From the human T2T-CHM13v2.0 reference genome, Homo sapiens: DNA of 64,000 bases. The DNA lies in assembly GCF_009914755.1 (NCBI RefSeq), contig NC_060944.1. The stretch is one strand, 5' to 3'. The first letter of the stretch is position 1, and every line of letters starts with the position of its first letter. The notes under the pieces are model-generated. The model worked only from the letters and a program-made list of their open reading frames with translations. It was not told the origin of the DNA and searched no databases. The translations under genes and the position numbers were made by a program. Positions 58,655-64,000 of this stretch are shown here, piece by piece.

Positions 58655-58785
58655 TCTCTCTCTCTCTTTCTCTCTCTCTGTTTCTCTCTCTCTCCCTTTC
58701 TCCCTCCCTCTCCCTCTCCCTCCCTCCCTCTCCCTCTCCCTCTCCCTCCCTCCCTCTCCCTCTCCCTCCCTCCCTTCTCTTTCCT
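58655..58785. repeat. (CT)n/(CCCTCT)n polypyrimidine tract
   Basis: Directly visible low-complexity run. Confidence 0.92.
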
Positions 58786-59777
58786 CTGTATTAGCTTTTC
58801 CCCGATTATTCCAGCAGAAGTTTGAGGGCTGATTCTCCTTGCTGGTAACTGGGACACATTCCCATTCCTAAACCACTCACTGTGACTCTGCTTGACCAGG
58901 TATAGTTCTTGTGCCCACCTCCTAGGGAGTGGGGTCAACCCCATGTGAGCCATGGGGTGAGGGAGGGAGGGAGGAGTGGTTCTCAGAGGAAAACCCAAGG
59001 TACTCTTGGACTGAAAGAAGGTGAAATGGATGCTGAGCAGGCAGAAACCTCAGGTATCCACTATTCCTACCATCACCTATTCATTCAACAAACATTTGAG
59101 CCCTGCTCTGTACCAGGCCCTGTGCCATACCCTGCGGACACAGTAAGGAACACAACAGAACTAGTCCCTGCCTTTATGGAGTTTAAGGTCTGAGGAGGAA
59201 AGCAGACTTTAAACCAGAAATCACAAATAGCGGCCGGGGGTGGTGGCTCACGCCTGTAATCCCAGCACTTTGGGAGGCCGAGGCGGGCAGATCACTTGAG
59301 GTCAGGCGTTTGAGACCATCCTGGCCAACATGGTGAAACCCCATATGTACTAAAAATACAAAAATTAGCTGGGTGTGGTGGTGTGCGCCTGTAGTCCCAG
59401 CTACTCAAGAGGCTGAGTGAGGAGAATCACTTGAACCAGGAGGCAGAAGTTGCAGTGAGCCAAGATTGTGCCATTGCACTCCAGCCTGGGTGACAGAGAG
59501 AGACTCTGTCTCAAAACAAGAACAAAAACAAACAAACAAAAAAAACAAATAGGGGCATGTTACCAAGAGCAAGTAGGAGGAGCCTTGGGGGAAAAATGGG
59601 AACAACCCCTCAGAGACCTACATAGGCACCTGGGAAACAGCCAATGAATGGTTGGGAAAAAGGACTTCTGAGGGACGGACATCAGTTGGGCTCAGGGAGA
59701 GATCAGGGACCTCACTTGGGTCTTAGGGCTCTGCCAGGTGCACCTTCATTAACCCTGTGGGCCTCCTTCCTGTCCAG

Positions 59778-59902
59778 GCTCACGGGAAGGGAGAAGCGAG
59801 TCGGGGGCTTTGACCTCATGTGGAATGATGGCCCTGTTAGCAGAGAGGAGGGGGCTCCTGACCTGTCGGGAATGGGAAACTTTGTGACCAACACACATCT
59901 CG
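59778..59902 (+). CDS. TTLL9: TTLL9 exon 14 ([15 protein letters not shown]...NTHL)
   Basis: tgtccag|G...CTCG|gtatgt; GGFDL motif; 125 nt. Confidence 0.94.
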
Positions 59903-61571
59903 GTATGTAGGGCCAGGTGGGGAGTGGGCACAAGGGATGGGGTCATGGGAGGTACCAGGTAGTCTAGGAGGCAGCTTGGGATAGTGGTTAGATTGTTTGA
60001 ATTCAATCTGCAACTTACCAGCTGTGTGACCTTGGGCAAGGGACTTAACCTCTGTTCCTCGTTTTTAAACTTGGTTTCTAAAAAGTGAAAACTTTCCCTG
60101 ATTATAAAAAAGGGATTCACACTCATTGTAGAATATTTGAAAACTAGAGAAAGAAATAAAAACATCCAGACATAAGCATCTTTAACAATCTGGTGTATTT
60201 CCTTCCAGTTCTTAAAAAATGCATATATTCATACTTTTTCTTTTATAAAATTGGCATTGGGCTAGAGTTTTGAATCCCTCTTTTCCCCTTGGCATTTTTC
60301 ATTCAAGCATATTAAGAGCCTCCCTCTTGAATGCACTTTTTGGTCCAGTCCGGATGAAATCTTTTACATACATTATCTCATTTTATCTTTAAGGAGTTTT
60401 TATTGTCATTTTACAGATGAGGAAATGATATCCAGGTGCTATGTAACTTGCTGAATGAAGGTTTTGGCCATAAGTGGTGAGCCAGGACTCAAACTCCCAT
60501 CTGCCTGGCTCCAAAACTTGAGTGCTTGTCCGCTAGACTCTCCTGCCTCTTGGCAGAGTTTAAAAAAATTACCATATGGCTGCAAAATATTTCAGTTTGT
60601 ACATATGCCAAAATTTACTAAACCAATTTCTTATAATTGGACATTTGGCACAATTGCATTTTATTTTTTTTTTACTTTTATAAATTATACCATGATGAAC
60701 ATCCTTTCACATTAAGCTCGGCTGAAATTCTGGCCATTTCCTGAGGACAGATTCCTAGAAGCAGAATTATTGGGCCAAAGGGATGGGATTATTACAACCA
60801 AATTTCTTTCCAGAAAGATTATACGAATTTGTCAGATTTGAATTTTTAGAAAAAAGAAATCTGTGCCAACTGGTGAGGTAAAACATACTGACTCGTTGTT
60901 TTATGTGCATTCCATTGATTACTGGTGAGGTTTCCGTTTTTTAAATTTGCATTTCTTCTTTTGTAAGCTGTCCATACTCTTTATCCATTTTTCTATGGGT
61001 TGTTTAGTTTTCTAAATGTATAAGGCTTCAGATGACTATATAACACTGTCCAAGCTTAATTTAATATGCATACAATCACCTGGAAATCTTGTTAAACTAT
61101 AGATTGTGACTCCATAGGTCTAGGGTGGGGCCTAAGATTGTATTTCTAACAAGCTCCTGGGTGATGCTCTATTGATTAACCATTGCTGTGTAACAAGCCC
61201 TCCCAAAACCTAGCAGCTTAAAGCAACTATTTTATTTGCTCATCCTTCCTCAGGTCTCTCCTGGGGTCACTTATAGGGCTGCAGGCACCTGGCAGATTTA
61301 CTGGAGACTTGATGGTGTACGACAGCCTCATTCATAGGTGTGGGGGTTGATACTGGCTGTCAGTTGGGCCTCTCTTTCCATGTGGCCACTCGTCTTCCAA
61401 CAGTCTGGCCCTGGCTTCTTCACGTGGTAGACTCGGGGTTCTAAGAGGGTGAGAAAACACACTGCAAAGCCTTTTGCGGCCCGGACTCAGAAGTCCCATA
61501 AAGTCATTCTGCTACAATCAAAGCATTTGCTGGTGTAGCCCAGTCACTGGGTAAGAAAATAGACCCCACCT

Positions 61572-61880
<309 letters not shown>

Positions 61881-63581
61881 GAAAATAGACCCCACCTTTT
61901 GATGAGAGGAGCAGCAAAGTCACCTTGCACAGAGGTGTGCATATAGGAACATTGTTGCAGCCTTCTTTGCCAACAGTGCACCAAAGATATCAATGCGCTA
62001 CTTCCTGGACCCCCATTTGAGTAGCAAAGATGGAAAGCGGCGGTTCTCTATCTTGGCTGCCCATTGGAATCACCTGGGAGCTTTAAAGACTACTGACGCC
62101 TGCCAGATCAAGATATGGTTGGTGTGGGCATCAGTAGCTTTTAAAGCTCCCAGGTGATTCCAATATGCAGCCCAAGTTGAGAGCTACTGTTTTTTTTTTA
62201 TTATTTTTTTTTTGAGACGGAGTCTCGCTCTGTTGCCCAGGCTGGAGTGCAGTGGTGCAATCATAGCTCACTGTAACTAACCTCAAACTCCCAGGCTCAA
62301 GCAGTCCTCCTACCTCAGCCTCCTGAGTAGCTAGGCCTACAGGCACACACCACACCTGGCTAATTTTATTTTTGTGTGTGTGATTTTTTTCCTGTAGAGA
62401 CAAAATCTCACTATATTGACCAGGCTGGGAGAGCCAGTGCTTTAGAAGTCTCTAGAATTATTCCTGTTTCAAGTGTTTGGGTTTATGGTGGTAAACACAA
62501 GGGTAGCTGGTTAGGGTAGGAAGAGTACTGATGAACTGAGTTAGGGAAGCGTTCAGGGACATCCAGGTGAAAGGGTCAGCAGATAACTCAGAGATGAGTG
62601 TAGAACTCCAAGAAGTTTGCACTGGACAAGAAGACTCGAGAGTTAGGAATGAGCCAAATAGAGTTTAAGTTAGGGCTGCATGGAACTCACTCTGGAAAAC
62701 CCTGAGGATGTGCATCGTAGGCTCTCAGCTCAGTGAATGGCTGAGTGAGTGTCTGGGAAGCAGGGACAGGGTTTGGGGGGATGTGGAAGATGGCAGACAC
62801 CCACAGGTCAGAACTAGTGGCCACAGAGATTCAGTCATTCAAGCAGCATTTTTGAGTGCCAGCAATGTGCCTGGCATGAGGTTAAATGACCATAGTTACC
62901 TCAAGGATCAGCTCTGAGAGCAAACAGCCAACATGTAGCACCATGAACGTCCTGGGAGAGACGTCTCAGCAGCTCACGGCAGCCTCAGCACGAACTGCCT
63001 GGGATTGGGGGCCACATGTACGGAAAACTCATCTCTTAGCCAGTTGTGCCTGGCACATGGGTTGGGTAAGGGAAGAAAGCTAACAGTACTGGGCAGCTAT
63101 GAGGTGCCAGGCACTGTGCTAGCTTTAAATGCATTTTCACTGAGCAAAGCCAGGAGAAGCAGCAGCGTGGGGTAGTGGTTAAGAGTGTGGCTCTGGCACC
63201 AGGTAGTCTGGGTTCAAATGATTTAACCTCTCTGAGCCTGTTTTCCCTTCTACACATCATTCCTGCGAGGGCCAAACAAATCCATCCACATTCAGCATCT
63301 GGAGCAGTTCCTGGCTTGAGGTAAGCCCCCAGTCCTCATGTTCACTCCATAAGGTGGGCAGTAGTATCCTGGTTTACAGATGAGAAGACCGATGCTGAAA
63401 AGGGTAACTGACCTGCTTGAGGGCCATGGCAGTTTAGGAATGGAGCCAGGATATAAACCACAGGCTGTGTGTGGTTGTCTGACTCCCGCTGTCCCCTCTT
63501 CCCAGCAGGGAGTTGGGGCACAGGCCCCTCCACTCCTCCCAAGCATAGGTCATCCCAGCCAACACCCCACTTCCTTTCCAG

Positions 63582-63658
63582 GCTGCGTCAACGATCGGAA
63601 GAAACAACTGAGGCAGCTCTTCTGCTCCCTTCAAGTTCAGAAGAAAGCTTCCAGTTGA
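63582..63658 (+). CDS. TTLL9: TTLL9 last coding exon ([25 protein letters not shown])
   Basis: ttcctttccag|GC...TGA; completes a 1311-nt CDS (436 aa) when 10a is used and exon 7 is skipped. Confidence 0.93.
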
Positions 63659-63974
63659 TCCCCAGCTGCCAGGAGGAAATCAGCCTTAGCAGGTGCCACC
63701 CAGGCCTCCCCCCCACTCCCAGATCCCAGCACAGCACCTCACAGCATTCGCCTCCCCACCTCCAGCCTGGCACCAGCTTTGCTGGCTTAGCAGCTGCAGC
63801 TTACTACCTGAATTGGGCCCCTTGGATACCTCCAGCCCATCCCCAGGCATCTTTGCACCAGGAGACAGCCAATCACTGGGACTGGGGGAGGTTTAACCTT
63901 GACAAACTGACTTGGCAGTTAGGCCCAAAGAGAACAAATACAGCAAGTTCTGCTACCCCCAGGAGATCATATCT

Positions 63975-63980
63975 AATAAA
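63975..63980 (+). terminator. Candidate polyadenylation signal
   Basis: AATAAA about 317 nt after the stop codon. Confidence 0.65.
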
Positions 63981-64000
63981 TGAGCACAGGCCCTACTTGG

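Overview
Primate (human-like; very Alu-dense, with AluY) genomic DNA containing essentially the whole + strand TTLL9 gene (tubulin tyrosine ligase-like 9, polyglutamylase family). It runs from a CpG-island promoter (CCAAT boxes, RFX X-box, ZNF143-type motif) with a 15-nt first coding exon (MSRPK, 477-491) to the stop at 63658 and an AATAAA at 63975. I assembled 14 phase-compatible exons by hand into a 436-aa ORF. The introns are filled with Alu, L1, MIR, L2, MaLR/ERV LTRs, MER DNA elements and a U1 snRNA pseudogene. The main interest is the splicing architecture around the catalytic domain: (1) a U12 (minor spliceosome) intron after the conserved YIPLRAW...SIDDQ exon, competing with a mutually exclusive U2-type exon that looks L2-derived; (2) a 74-nt cassette exon broken by a 1-nt deletion; (3) a ~270-bp inverted duplicate of a branch point/3' splice site/exon start about 1 kb downstream, which could fold back over the splice site. 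Repeat boundaries and subfamily calls are by eye and approximate. Comparisons with reference or mouse proteins come from memory, not from a search.
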